Origin: Somniosus microcephalus
Lineage: Eukaryota
Length of the DNA stretch: 64,000 bases
Reading direction: 5' to 3'
Assembly: GCA_052327205.1 (NCBI GenBank)
Contig: CM126228.1
Location: 14,260,001 to 14,324,000, forward strand
The position numbers and the translations under genes are program-made. Below the pieces are notes generated by a model. That model did no database searches and had not been told where the DNA came from. It saw nothing but the letters and a program-made list of their open reading frames with translations. This document shows positions 48,101-61,500 of this stretch, piece after piece; the first letter of the stretch is position 1, and each line of letters opens with the position of its first letter.

Positions 48101-50758
48101 AGTGGTCAAAGGATTAACATTGACAACAAAACATGTGATTATTTTATTTTGGTTGAATGCGTCACGTGGAATAATCATTCAGTAGAAATATTAAACTCCC
48201 AACAAATTCAGAAAGGAAACTTTCTTTAAAGAGAAACACCATGGATGGGGGCGAATAAAGTCAGCCGGCATTCCCGGTCCTGATTTCTTTCCCCATGGCT
48301 CCATGCTGAAAATTGTGCAAGGGCAGAATCGTGGTCAAATGTGATGACCTACACGGCTGATTGTCCTGCCTGCACTCACTTTGCTGGGTGCGCACACACA
48401 AAGAGGTGCCACTCGAGCAAGGCCCCAGCAACTGGCTGAACCTCAGAGAACAGCAAAAAGTTAGCACTTCAGTGAGTGGATAGGGGAGAGAATCAGCAAA
48501 AAAATACACAACATAGTGTGAAAATATCTAGGTACAGGCATTTTTTTTTAAACAGTCAAATTGTTACTATAAATATTCCTATAAACCCAGGAATCGATGC
48601 AATTTAATTTTCTTTTGCATTTCCTGTTAATCTTTGATTTTAATTCAAAGTTAACAAAATTCTGCTTTACCTTAAAACAGTGTGATAGTTTTGTATGATG
48701 CTGTTTTTAAAATCGCCATTGTATCAATCTAAGTTGGGGGTGAAGGAAAGGCAGACACTGTCTCTTTAAATACTATTTACACGGCACCAATTAGTTGGTT
48801 AAAATCCCCAAACGAGTTTGTTCACTGCAAATGCTGAAGAGATACAGGGCAGGTTATTCATCGCCCATCTATAAAAAGGATGGTAGGAATGATCAAAGAA
48901 GTCAGAAATAATGTTAATTCAATTAAAATTGAGGGCAGATTTTCTGCTTGAAAGAATACGAGAGACAGGATTGGGTCACCCGAGCTTCATTTATCGCTGC
49001 TTGCTTAGGTAATTAGTGTAATGAGGAAGGGGGGAGGTGTTAGTGGAAAGCGTGATCGTGGATTTGACAATTGTGTTGCCTACCTTATGCCCACACTGAG
49101 TGGCGTTACGTCCATTTTAGAAGCTGCAGGGTTCCCCCCTCAAGATGGCTGCAGAGCAAAGAGCCATCTCTACACAAAATGGCACCCGGCTGGCCACTCA
49201 GGCTGGCATCCCCTTGCCTTCTGCCCAAGTTGCTGTGCGTGATTCACAGCGGCAGCTTCATGTTTTCAGAAGGTCACGGTGCTGTCTCACCGAGGGGGAA
49301 AAAAATAGATCGCAGTCTTCAGAGAGGATTTCAAGGCTGATTTGGGGTTTTTTTTCATATCGAAGGATGTGCTGGAAAATAGGAGCAATGATTCTGTTAT
49401 TCTCTCAAGCATTCACGTCTTGCCCTAGCTCTGCTGAACTGCTGTTCTGCATCTCATTGATACATGGCCTCACTAGGAGGTGAGATTCTGAGGAATGGGG
49501 AGGGGAGGAAAGCTAGAAGGAAATGGCGGTCACATTCTTCTCGTTATTCTGCAATCATTTCTCATTCTGTTTGTAATGACCCCGTTATAATTTTTGTTTC
49601 CTAATTAGTAACGAAGCTTGGTTGGAAAATTCTAGAATCTGGATCAGAAAATTTAGTTTGCAGAAGAAAAATAAAAGAGTTGATGATTGCAATCATTGGG
49701 ATAAAAGATTCACGGACATGTTTCAAAATTGAGCCACTGGACACGCTGTAGATATATTTATTGTGAATTATAACATCAATACCCAGTAGTGTGATAATTC
49801 ATTGATTTCAAATGCCTGGAATAATCATATCCTGTTCCAAAGTGTGTTTTTAATTGTTCCCTCTAATTCCCTCCTGTCACCACCTCCTGGTGCTGGCTTT
49901 TTCCAGGGTTACCATTTCACTGGTGCCAGGAGCCCTCTGGTACTTCACCAAAGTGATCATTCTTGCTGTGTGGATCTAGGTGGTCAGTGCTGGCAGGGTA
50001 TTTGATCATGGAGGCGGGGGAGGAGGACATCACAGCCATGCTCGATGCCCCAGCTCACACCCTCCAATATTCCAGCATTGCCCGACTGTGCATCTTCCCC
50101 CAACCCCCCAACCATAGGTGGCAGAGCCTTCAGTCATCTCGGCCCCACACTGAACTCTCTCGCTAAACCCTTCCACCTTATTACTTCTTTCAATGTCTTC
50201 AGAAACCCCCAGAAGATCTACTACTTTGACCTTACTTCACCTTTGGTCACCTCCCTTAAGTCTTCTTCTACGGCAGCTTGTCTGTTCTCACCAACCCCCA
50301 TTCCCCTATTCCTTTTCCTTCTGGGCACACCTTGGAATGTTTGTTACACTAAAGTGCAAGTTGTTACCGTTGAGCCAGATCCTGTCCTCACATGATGAAC
50401 GTGTGCTTTCTGGCAGGAATCAGTAACTGTGATCAGAAGCAGGATACCCTAGATGATTTTTCCTCCTCCCTAACCCAGGGGCCTTAGTCAAGCTAATGAA
50501 CTGTCCACCTAAAAAGGGGGTCGTCCTTACAGAAACAACCCAGAGTACGGTCTGCTGGATCTAAAAGCAGTGGAAGAAACACGGTTGCCTCATGTGCTGT
50601 TAGACACGGAAGATAAAGAAGAACCTGGGGCACTAAGGATAATTGTAACTCCCATACTGCTGCCCCAGCTGAGACCAGCAAAGTCAGGGATCGAACATGG
50701 AACTTTCCTGGTTGGTATGGCTCACATCAGACAGCGTATTTACCAACTGAACCATAAT

Positions 50759-51522
50759 GGCCCAGAAATTCGGGTCTCCACGGGTGAGTACGCGCTGGGT
50801 ACTCACCCGTAAGCCCAACGAAAGTGCCGGTTTCGTGCATGCACTGCGCATGCGCGGGAAACCGGAACTTCCATTCCCTTAAAGGAAGGGGTTCAGAGGT
50901 CAGACGTGTACGCCGGAGAGGCGGCGCGTGCGCCTGGAACTTCCGGTTTTTTTCCAGGTTTCTCCGGGAGGGTAAGTCTCCAGCAGTTACACTTTTAAAA
51001 AGCTGGCGCAAGGCTTGCTTTTAACAAGGTAAGTAGTGAATTAATTAAAATTAAAACATTTTTTCCACAGGTTTATTATTTTTAAATACTTTAAAGAAAG
51101 GTAAGTTTATTTTTAGCCCCGTTAAAAAATTTAATTAATTTTTTCAAAAATTTAAATTATTGTTTAAAATAGTTATTTTATGTAATTTATAGTTATTTTA
51201 AAAATGTGATTTAAAAAAAAAATGTATTTGAAGTTTTAGTTATGTTTTGGGGCTTATAGTATTTATAGTTTTGACAGCTCTTCCTGTCAATTTTATGAAT
51301 GGGCATTTCCCTGCTACCATTGGCTCTCCATGGCCCACGTGATCCCAGGGGACGCTTCGAACTAACTGCACCCCTGGGATACGCAAGCACTGCGCGCCGC
51401 CAGTTGGAGGGGGCCCAGGATCTGAATCCCATGCGGGCCCACAGCACAATGGCCGGTGCGCTAGGTAAATGCAGGTCGGAGGCTTGCACCCGTGGGAAGC
51501 CTCCGACCCGAATTTCTGGGCC
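50759..51522. mobile_element. Non-autonomous Harbinger-like element with perfect 18-bp TIRs
   Basis: GGCCCAGAAATTCGGGTC / GACCCGAATTTCTGGGCC; CpG-rich arms around an AT-rich core. Confidence 0.88.
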
Positions 51523-52207
51523 ATGTGTGCGGGGTGGAGAGGTGGGGGGTCCATCGAAATAATGGGCCAGATTTTAAAACATAGTCATCAGAGCAGAGTC
51601 AGTTTCACACCTTCCATGCCTAAGGGTTTTATACCTTCCTTCTACCAGTGTCCATCATCCTGGTCATATCAAAAGCTACCTTCAATGGTGCCATTTATGA
51701 ATTGAGAGTGAGGAGGCTGTGGGTTGACCCCCAGCACGGAATGCCACAGGAATATTCTACATGATATTTAGACTTGAAATTCATGTCTACAAAACTAACA
51801 CACGGAAGTTTAACACCAGTGTACAACAACCCCTCTGGCCACTAGATTAATAGGGACATTAGTCCATTTTGAACAGGTTGATGCTGCGTTAGAGCACCAG
51901 TCAGGAGAATATCATGCAAACATGTTAAGCTTTTGAATGTTAATATTGCAAACATGAATTCCTATGCTATTAATTCATATACTATTACAGGGTGTAAGAA
52001 CATTTTAATTATGACTTGCAGTGGAAGGAACATCTTGATTGTCATGGGCTCCAATAATTTATCTTACAATTATTTTTTTTATGTCAGGGAAACAGATTGT
52101 AATGACCCTATTTTCTTTGTTTTTCCTCCCCACGGCTCTCCATATAGCACTCTCCGACTGTCATCAAGACCAGTTGCCAAGTCTATCAATACTATTGTGA
52201 GCTGCCT

Positions 52208-52374
52208 GTGAGGATGTGTGAGAGAATGTGCTTCTGATAAGCTCGGAATCAGGAGTGAGGATGTGTGAGAGAATGGGCATGGTATAAGCTCGGAATCAGG
52301 AGTGAGGGCGTGCGAGAGAATGTGCTTCTGATAAGCTCGGAATCAGGAGTGAGGAATGTGTGAGAGAATGGGCT
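52208..52374 (+). repeat. 47-bp minisatellite, ~3.5 units
   Basis: gtgaggatgtgtgagagaatg...ataagctcggaatcagga repeated. Confidence 0.92.
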
Positions 52375-52667
52375 GGGAAAAAGCAGGGAGATGCCAGTGA
52401 GAAGGTGTCAGAGAATTGCTCAGGATGAACTGGAAGCCTGCAGTTAGGAAGTGTGCGAGAGAGGGCCAGACACAAGGATTACTCTCGCCCTTCTGATTTC
52501 CATCTTTCTCCATGGAGAGACTCTGGCCGCTACTTACTACTGCCCCAAAGAAACACAGCCAAAGCCAGTAATTCAGCTCATCATACCTGGTCCTGCTGTT
52601 TATTAAACATCTATTTCAATTTGTTTGTAATTATATAAGATAAAATTAGGAAAAAAATTAAAATAAA

Positions 52668-53060
52668 GGGCTGTCTGATGGCTCAGTGGGTGTATGCACC
52701 AGTTGGTTCTGAGCCACACAGACCAACATGGTCCATTGCCGGTCTATGCTGAGATAGTTGATCTCAGGCTGAAGCAGGGATGGAACAACTAGCCTCAGTT
52801 CCCCTGAGTTTGAGAAGGCTCATGTTCCTGATCACTATCCAGTGACTCCTGCTGGAAAGTGCTCGTGTGTTGGGCGAGGACGAGGTCGAGCTTGGCAGTA
52901 ATGCCTCCACTGAATAGTCCACTGACATGCACCTCCCATGCACACACACTAAGGATGGACGCATTGGGTGAGGCATCAGAAAGTGGCTGGTGCCCATGGA
53001 ATCCATAACCCAGCATGAGTCAGAAGAGGAAGGGAGAAAATTGGAGAGAGGAAAAAATAA
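52668..53060 (+). mobile_element. Near full-length copy of an old tRNA-headed SINE family with many fragments in the window
   Basis: Head ggctcagtgggt...gagccacacagacc, core ttcctgatcactatccagtgactcctgctggaaagtg, tail gagtcag...ggagaaaattgg; related fragments at ~17100, 35950, 38650, 39660, 40600, 41130, 47300, 47565, 48260, 49860, 50390, 55140, 60720, 62270 and 63830. Confidence 0.7.
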
Positions 53061-55346
53061 ACAAAGTATCTTCTAATCCTATTTAAAAAAAATAAATGAC
53101 GCATTTATTTACTTGATTTAGAAAAAGTCAGGGTTGAGCTCAGATACTGGTCTAGACAACAGCTGCACAATGCAGTGAAACTCAGTACTCAGCGGGGGGG
53201 GGGCGGGGGGGGATGCTTATGAATGGGTTTAGGGATTTGATGAGACTCTATGGCACTGTTGACCATTTATTAAACCCAGCCTCTGAGTTTCTTACCCGAT
53301 GTAATGACGAGCGATGCCATTGCTTTTTAAAATTGAGGGTCATCTCTGCCGCCCCCTCCAGTCCTTGCAAGTGTCCTTCAGGAACGCTGAAGAAGTCTAG
53401 ATCAGAGAAATACAAAAAAAAACAAATGCCAAACCAACTGGTGAGCCTCAAATTTGTGATGCAAAATTAGACAAGAGCGGGGGGTGGGGTGGAAAGTCTA
53501 ACAGTGACACAACGTGCAGACTCATGTGCCACATCCTCTAACTACCCATACTCAGGAGTGTCGCAATAGGGAGGTACTGGGCAGAGGTCAGCTTGCCTGT
53601 CCTGTTGCCTTCTGATAGAGAAAACAAGGAGAACAGAATGGAGAGGACAAAAATAGTGAGTGGAGGTGCCTGTGGGCACACATTAAAACACACATATACT
53701 CAATGTCTAGCGAGTTGCTTTTAAGCATTGCTTCTATGCTGATTTAACACCAGATATTCAATGCCACTGGACACTGCAGGGGTTTGGGGAAGAGGCATGG
53801 ATGGGTCTACCTCAACACGATCGATCCTTATAGTTTGAGCTCTGAGGGTTTTGGCAGAGTTCATGTTATATTTCTTTGATATTGTGAAATTGAAACCTTT
53901 TTATTTTCACATATAACTTAATAGCCCGCACCACGGTATAACACAGGATCTTATGTCATGTTTATACGGGGTTCATTTGGAGGCCTCAATGACACATGAA
54001 CCCTGGACACCACATTGCAAGAGAAGTTATAGTATAATTGGGGCAAATATATATACCTATTTTCTTCTTGCACACAATTATTCAACATTTTCTTTCCCAT
54101 TTTCTCTAACTCCTCTCTCCCTGATTGAAGACGCTGACTCCCAATGGCGTACAATTCCACGGGCACCGACTACCCTCCAGTATCTCTTCCAATAGGCCAT
54201 TATTCACGTGCGAGCCTAGACAGTGACACACATGCCAACCATCAACGTTTCACCACTGACAATCAGTGTCTTGTGAGCCCTGTCCGTGTGGACTGAGCCC
54301 CTCCCCCTGAGTCTGGCTTCTAATGGACCAACGCCTCTCCCCTTGGCACCACTCCTAATGTGATTCTGGCTGCTGTATACTGCAGATGGGAATCAGGAAT
54401 TCATGCCTACAGTATACAGGGGCTGGAATCACTCCAATGAGTAGCAGCACTCAGGTAGGAGCAGGACTGAGGAGAGAAGGTTGGGGGGGGGGAATGAAGA
54501 GGAAGAAAGGCAGAACATGGACAGTAATGGAGGGATGAGAGTAAATGGGAAGTGAAAGAGGGTGAGGAGCATGCCGGCATGGACTGGGGGGGAAGGGAAG
54601 TAAGTGCCAACTTGAACTGGGTTGGAAAGGTGGAAGTACCAGATGGAACTGAGGAAGGAAAAGAAGGTTCAATTAACAGGGGAGAAATGGAGAAGAATAA
54701 CAGTATGAATTTGGGAGGGTTGGAGGAGAGAGGGGGGCTTGGAATTTCCCCCACCAGGATGGCTGCTGGCCGCCCCATCCCCTCCCTCCCTAGTTCATTT
54801 TCCTTATTCTGGCCATCATTTCCGTCGCCCCAGGGATGCTCAGTTGTCGGAAAGTGATGTTGATGTAACTTCTGGAGAAGCATTGGTCTAGTTGATTTGT
54901 TAAAAATCCATGTCGCCATGCTTGTAATTTTTTTTAAGATTAATTAAAATCTCCTTCTTTGGCTCGGTGTCTATTTTTGTCTGATTATGCTTCTGTGAAT
55001 CCCCTTGGGATATTTCCTCTACGCTAAAGGTGCGATATAAATCCAAGTTGTTGTTGTTATTAAGTTACAGCATTCGTGTAACCACTTGTTAGGCACATCA
55101 TAGATTTATAATCTGGGCCATTCTCCAGTGGTCAGTCCGTGAAGCCGTTGGTCATCTTTTGCTAGTCTTCCAGACTGGCACTCCTGAGTGAGTGTTGGCA
55201 GAGTATTGGAATATGGGGGAGTGGGGGGCGTATCAGAGCCAAACTCAATCCGGTCCTCACCTGCCGCCAAAACACTTTTCATCAGGGGTCACTCCACAGT
55301 GATCAAGAGCTGGAACCCTGGCTAATTTTCCCTAAAAAGCTAATTG

Positions 55347-55663
55347 CAGGAAACTTTCTTTTATCCGGCACGGACAGGACCGACGTGGTGCCGGTTCATC
55401 AAAAATTCCGGATAACCGAACGCTATAGTAAAAGATACGGAGCTGAGAGCTCCGTATAAAGCAACAAACCCTGTTGCTCAGCTTCAGAACAATGGGCACA
55501 AGTTACAAATGTCTCTGTAGCTTAGCAACAGCTGCAGCCACACCCTTGCACAGCAACAAATGGAGTAAAAAAAGTAATAAAAGTTACCTGAACCTACTCC
55601 TGAATTTTGCCGGTTAACCGAGATTTCCGGTTATTTAGGTGCCGGTAAATCGAAGGTTTCCTG
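55347..55663. mobile_element. Tigger/pogo-like MITE, same family as 7629-7935
   Basis: caggaaactttcttttatccggcac / gtgccggtaaatcgaaggtttcctg. Confidence 0.75.
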
Positions 55664-55887
55664 TGGTTTCAGTGCTCAGTCGCACACAGTTAACAGGGAG
55701 TCTGTTCCTGCTGTAGAACATTCTACAAGGCTGAAAATTCTATAGCTGGTAAAAAAAATATCTGATATATTTGATGAAAGAAAAAAATCAATTTGTTTAG
55801 CAGATCTCCCATGGTGTTGCTCATAAGGCAGATGATGAGCTGCTTTATAAGGACAGGAATCCTCTAGCACGTAACACAAAACGGTCA

Positions 55888-56032
55888 GGAATTTCCTTGG
55901 AAGCTGCTTCCACCTCGCTGCCGTAATATCGTAGGAGCTGCAGTGTAAAACCCCATTTACAGGGTTACCACTGCACCAGGGCTACTACCTCCCAGCAGCG
56001 GAGAAGGAGCTGCTCTGAGGAAATTCACCTCC
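55888..56032. mobile_element. Palindromic MITE
   Basis: gaatttccttggaagctgcttc ... ggagctgctctgaggaaattc; inner arms tgcagtgtaa / ttaccactgca. Confidence 0.65.
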
Positions 56033-57089
56033 AATGTATTATTCTGCGCTCAAGGTGCAGCTATGCCCCTTTTAAGAGCTAACTGTTGTTAAGTAAACAC
56101 ATTGGAGTCGGAGTTTACAATTTATTCGGTGAGGGAACTTTGGAGATTGGAAAGTGCTTCTGAATTTCAAGCTACAGGTAAGTAGCACCCAGCATTAAGT
56201 GGCTGGCTTTCTTTCTATTTTAAGATTGTTACAGATGCAAAATAAAGTGTGACATAAATCGCTAGAAATACATTTATTTATATACAAATAGCAGATCTCC
56301 CATGGCATTGCTCATGGTGAGTCAGAGGTTACACTGTTGCAAAGGGGTAACTGCTGGGGTGTGAAGTGACAGAGGAGTGCACCTCTCTAGTGAAATGGTT
56401 TAGAAATAAATTTGTAAGAGGTCCCCTGAGACAGCAAGGCTGTGGAAAGATAAATAAATTACAAAGTATTTACAGCACAGAAACAGGCCATTCGGCCCAA
56501 CAGGTCCATGCCGGTGTTTATGCTCCACACGAGCCTCCTCCCACCCTACTTCATCTCACCCCATCAACAAACTGTTCCTTCACACAAAAATAATAAACCT
56601 CTGCATGCAGCATAAGGGTAGCAGCTCCTTATTCTCCATCCGTTTAGAGTCTTCTTATCGCAAATGTTAAGAAATGCATAAATCTTTTTTTATTTGCATT
56701 TTTCCTTCCTTATCAAATATCTCTGCAACAGTAACTCGCATATTTAAGCAGAACCTTTTGGTAATACCTATTAAATTTGCACTTTTGTTCGTAACCCCCC
56801 TCCAAACTTGAACAATGGTACAGCCCTTCCAGAAGTTGCTATTTATCTTCAGAACTTAAAAACATCTGTTGTTCATATAAATAAAAATGCATGATGGATG
56901 GATGGAATTAGATTATTTTGGCTATGAATTGAACATAACTGTTTTTTGGAGGATTGGGTTGAATGAGACACTCAGCTGAAGCATTAAGGGCCTATCATGC
57001 TTGACAGCATCAAAGTTCAAAAGAATAGGAAAAAGACCAAGGTAATTCAAAAATTAATGTTTAGGTTAAACTAACCTTGTCTTTTAAAA

Positions 57090-57480
57090 GTTTGTACTTT
57101 GGTTAGGCCATATCTGAAATATTTTGTACAGTTTTGAGTTCCTCACGATAGGCGGGATATATTAGCCCTGGTGAAAGTGCAACTCGGTTTTGCAAGATAA
57201 TACCAGGGATGAAGGGTCTGAGTTACAAGAAAAGGTTAGAGCAACTAGGGCTATATTCTCTTGAACTGCGAAGATTGAAGGGAAAATTGATAGAGGTGTT
57301 CAAAATGATAAAGGGGTCAGACAAGGTAATCATAAATAGTTTCCATTGATAGGTAAATTGAGAACTAGAGGCCATGGTCTCAAGATAAGCATATGCAACA
57401 AAAAGGAAGAGGTTCGAAGATTTATTTTCATGCAAAGAGTTATCGGAATGTGGACTGCTTTGTCACAAGTGATGAGCGAT
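57090..57480 (+). mobile_element. Old CR1 fragment
   Basis: LVRPYLKYFVQF...RTRGHGLKI...FMQRVIGMWTAL. Confidence 0.8.
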
Positions 57481-57984
57481 GCTAAAATGCTTCTCAATTA
57501 TGCTCCCACTTCTTCCATGATTCTTTGTTCAACTGCCTCCAATCAGGTTTTCATCCTGCCCATAGCACCAACACCACACTTGCCAAAGTCACCAACAACA
57601 TCCTGTGTGACTGTACATGGCTCATTGTCCCTCTTCATCCTCCTTAATCTCTCTGCTGACTTCAATACTATGAACCATTCTATCTTCCTCAAGCAGAGAT
57701 CACCTCCGTGGCCCTCCTCACTCCTGCTTCCATTCCTACCTATCACAACTTGGGATACTATATTGCCTCCAATGGCATCTCCTTCAATGCCCACAAAAGT
57801 CACCTGTGGTGTACATCGGGGTTACACACGTAGCCATTTACATGCTAGTCATTGGTGATAGCAACTGAAAGCATGAAGTCAGCTTTCACATGTATATTGA
57901 TGACACTCAGCTCTATCTCTCCACCTCCTCCTTCGACCCGAGGGCAGTTGGCACTGTCTCCAACTGCCTATTTGACCATAAGTG

Positions 57985-58535
57985 TTAACTTGGCTCAGTT
58001 GGTATCACTCTCACCTCTGAGTCAGAAGGTTGTGGGTTCAAGCTCCACTTCAGAACTGGAACACCTAATCTAGGTTGATACTGCAGTGCAATACTGACAG
58101 AGTGCTGCATTGCCTGAGTTGTTAAACCGATGTAGTATCTGCTCGTTAGGGTGGATGATCCCACAACACTATTAGAAGAAGAGCAGGGAGTTTTCCCAAT
58201 GTCTTGGCCAATATTCCTCCCTCACCCAAAACCAGCAAAGACAGATTAACGATGCAATTATCTCAGTTGTTGTCTGTGGGGTCTTGCTGTTTGGAAATGG
58301 GTTACAACCTATGTTCCCTGTAATTTTTTGAGGGGACTGCATGGCCCATTCAAAATACTGTGCATGAGTGATTTTTCTATTTAAAAGCCGGCAAGCCAGC
58401 TGCGCGGGATCTTCAGAGCACTCAGTGGCCACGCAACTTAAAAGGAACATTGGTTACAAGATACGCCTTCATAACAATGGCAAGTACATTTCAAATATAA
58501 TTCATTGGCTTTGAAGTGCTTTGGGACATAAGATA
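57985..58535 (+). mobile_element. Deu-domain (SacSINE-like) SINE containing a nested hAT MITE
   Basis: tRNA head ttggctcagttggtatcactctcacctctgagtcagaaggttgtgggttcaag; homologous to 62470-62950. Confidence 0.8.
58309..58452. mobile_element. hAT (Tip100-like) MITE with 8-bp TSD
   Basis: TIR ctatgttccctgtaa / ttaaaaggaacattg; TSD gttacaac / gttacaag. Confidence 0.8.
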
Positions 58536-61500
58536 CTACTTACTACTGAGCCAAAATGTCCTGCAACCAAATGTCAGCAAAACCCAAACAATTGTCTTTC
58601 AGCTTCCACAAACAGTTAAGTACCTCCGGCCTCAACTCCATTTACCTTCTTGGTTGTCACCTCCAGCTGAGCCCAGAGGTGTGGAGCCTTGGTGTCCCAC
58701 TCAAGGCCAGGAGTAGTTTCCTCCCCACATCCATGCATCATCGACCCACATCTCCAAAATGCGGCTCACCTCCGACCCCACCTTTCACATTCTGCCAATT
58801 AAATCATAATCCACACTCTCATCACCTCAAGCCTGCACTTCTCCAATGCTCTCCTTGCAAACTTTCCCACTTCCGCCCTCCACAGACTTAAAATAATTCC
58901 AAACACCATGGCCTACTTTCTCACTCAGTTGTTACCAAGCTTCACTGGCTGCCCGTGCCCCAGAGATTCTCATCCTCATTTTTAAACCCCTCTATGGCCT
59001 CGCCTCTCCCTACCACTACAATATTCTTCAGTCATATGTCCCTGCGCACACTCTCCACTTCTCTGATGCCAGTCCACTTCTCATTCCATGCTATTTCCAC
59101 TCAATCTCTAGTTGCTCTTCAGCCACTGAAAATTCCTTCTCTCAGCATATGCCACCTTGTCACCTCCCTCTCTGTCTTCAAAGGCCTTCTAAAGAACCCT
59201 CTGTTGAGCTATGTTTGCACCCTTCCGAGCCTCTCTCATCCCTTTTGCCCTCTTGCTCAGTGTCCACTGCCCCGCAAGGCACTCCAAGACTTCTGTCAAG
59301 AGAAGCACCATAAAAAGGCAAGTTTCTGTGGTTCGCCTGAGCTATGACTTCTTGGTACAAAATCTAGCGGGAGCTTTATTGTGTATCCAACCCATGCTGT
59401 GCCTGACGTAAGAGTGCTTGATGGGACAGTGTAGCGGAAGCTTTAGCCTGCATCTAATCCGTGCTATCCTTGAGGTTGACAGTACGAAAGTATTCAATTT
59501 TCTATAACTAACATCTCTTGCCTTGAGAAGGACAAAAATCTACCCAACACAAAAGGAGAGGCATGCAGACATGCACCTGAGTGAATCAACATGCTAAATG
59601 CACCCAGCCTGCACCAGGACACAAATTAAGGAACCCTTGGACTTTTGCAAGAATCTTATTGGAACGTCGTGGACACACTTTCATTGTTGATGTGAATCTC
59701 GTCAAAATGAGTCACCTCCAGAACATTTCAATACTGGGCGAGATGTGGTTGTGGTGCCGGAAAGTGGCAACGGTTCACCCTCCCTATGATTAAAAGTGTG
59801 GCTTTAAGTTTGGCTGGTATCCATTTCAGTAACGTGGGCACGTGCTACAGCCAACAACCCCATCTGCACTTAACCAAAATTGGGGACGTTCCAGTTGGAA
59901 AGAGAAGTGTCAGGCAACGGAAGGAATTAGCAAAACTACAAAAGTAAAAATTTAAATTAATTAAATGAAAATCCAAAACTGCAGCTCTACAAAAACTATA
60001 AATGTCAGAAAAGCTTTATATAGCTGGGAAGTATGGACAGAGTGACTAAGCCTGCAATTTGTTAAAAATAATAAACAGCAATTCTGATGATGGTGTAGAT
60101 TTGATTTTTTTAAATTTGATTTAATTATAAGACTTTCAACTAGAATGTGCACCCATTGATTCAGCTGGGACATTTGAAGCATGCATTATTTGCATAGACA
60201 CACAAACATGCTTCTAAGTCCGGATCTAACTACAACAGCGCAAGCCTGTCTGGTGGGAAAATATAATTAACAAGAAATTCGGTTACATACTTAATAAATG
60301 GATGGAGACTCTTGAGTTTTAAGCAGTACTTGTCAGTCAGAGCTGGGAGAAGTGGACACAATACCACTATTCAGTGCAGAGGCCTAGAGATTTCAATTGA
60401 ATTAAAACAGCACAAAGAAGCCAGATTTTCACAGCCTCCCCCCTTATTGATTATTAAAATCTCCTCACAGTACAGCATAGTGGAGAAAGAAACTGGTTAT
60501 TGTGCAGGTACCGGGTTGAAGTGTTAAGGAATGTGGGTAAAAAAATTCCAATATTGCGCTCAGGGCCTGAGAGGGATTACAGGCCAGTGCTGAGAGAAAA
60601 ATAAAATGAGAATCCACAATGTTTGCACAGTGGGGTCACTCGATTTCAAGCCGCTTTCTGATTCACAGAAAAACCAACATTGAAATTTCCACCAAAGAAA
60701 AATCCCATTTTTTTTTCAAGGGTTCTCCCCTCCTGTCCTGAAGGCACTGACTCATGCCAGAGCACTGCTCCATTGGTGCTCACCCAAGTAACTAGCTATT
60801 CTTGAACTGTGAGCACAGACAGTGTTTATCAGTGGGGTATTCAACTGGGGGGGGGGGGCGGCAGGTGGTGAGGGGGTGCGGGAAATGACTGGGTGAGAAA
60901 AGAACTGGGCTTGGTAGTGTTCACACCCGTGTGCATCCACTTCTCAGCAGAAGTCACTGAATATAGATCCCTGCCCTTGAAGCAGACTGTGATGTTTAAT
61001 TTTATGTCTTGCAGTGGAAGGTGGTTCCATGATTCAGTGCCACTATTTGTTTAAGTGCTTACTCACGCTGCTGAATTTGCTGGGTTCCTGCCTCTCATCA
61101 GGCTTGAGCTTGGGCAGGAAGAGCATGGGAACAGCAGGAACACGGCAAGACTCCATGCGACTGATCTCAATCTCCACCAAGTCTGCAATTAAATGTCTTC
61201 ACCACTGATAGTTCCCACAATTATGTTTTGTCATAGGCTGGTTTCTTCGTCTCCGCTCTCCATTTGGGAGTAACAGAATAATGGGGTGACTGTGGGGAGC
61301 CCATCTCTGATGTTGCTGCATTTGTATCTAACCTTCAGTGATAACTTGGCGCAGGCATCTTAAGGGGACACTATCTCCGGGAAAGAAAGCATCTTTGGCA
61401 AACCTTTCCTCACACAAGACACGGTGACATAAATGACATCGTAAAATCATTTGCCCATGATGCCATTGCGAAGAGAGTATCACAGAACTTTTTGCCCTCC

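Larger units (their letters stand above)
57500..59330 (+). mobile_element. Degenerate L2 LINE interrupted by a Deu-SINE
   Basis: LAKVTNNIL / LFILLNLSADFNTMNHSIFL RT remnants; continues after ~58540 to an L2-type tail. Confidence 0.7.

Noticed and set aside
52208-52374. CRISPR-like array
   Set aside because: Eukaryotic context, variable parts are only ~8 nt and recur, and there are no cas genes.
38760-54500. Many poly-G/poly-C runs as a G-quadruplex system
   Set aside because: Homopolymer runs are common, several sit inside SINE or LINE fragments, and no regular spacing or orientation is evident.
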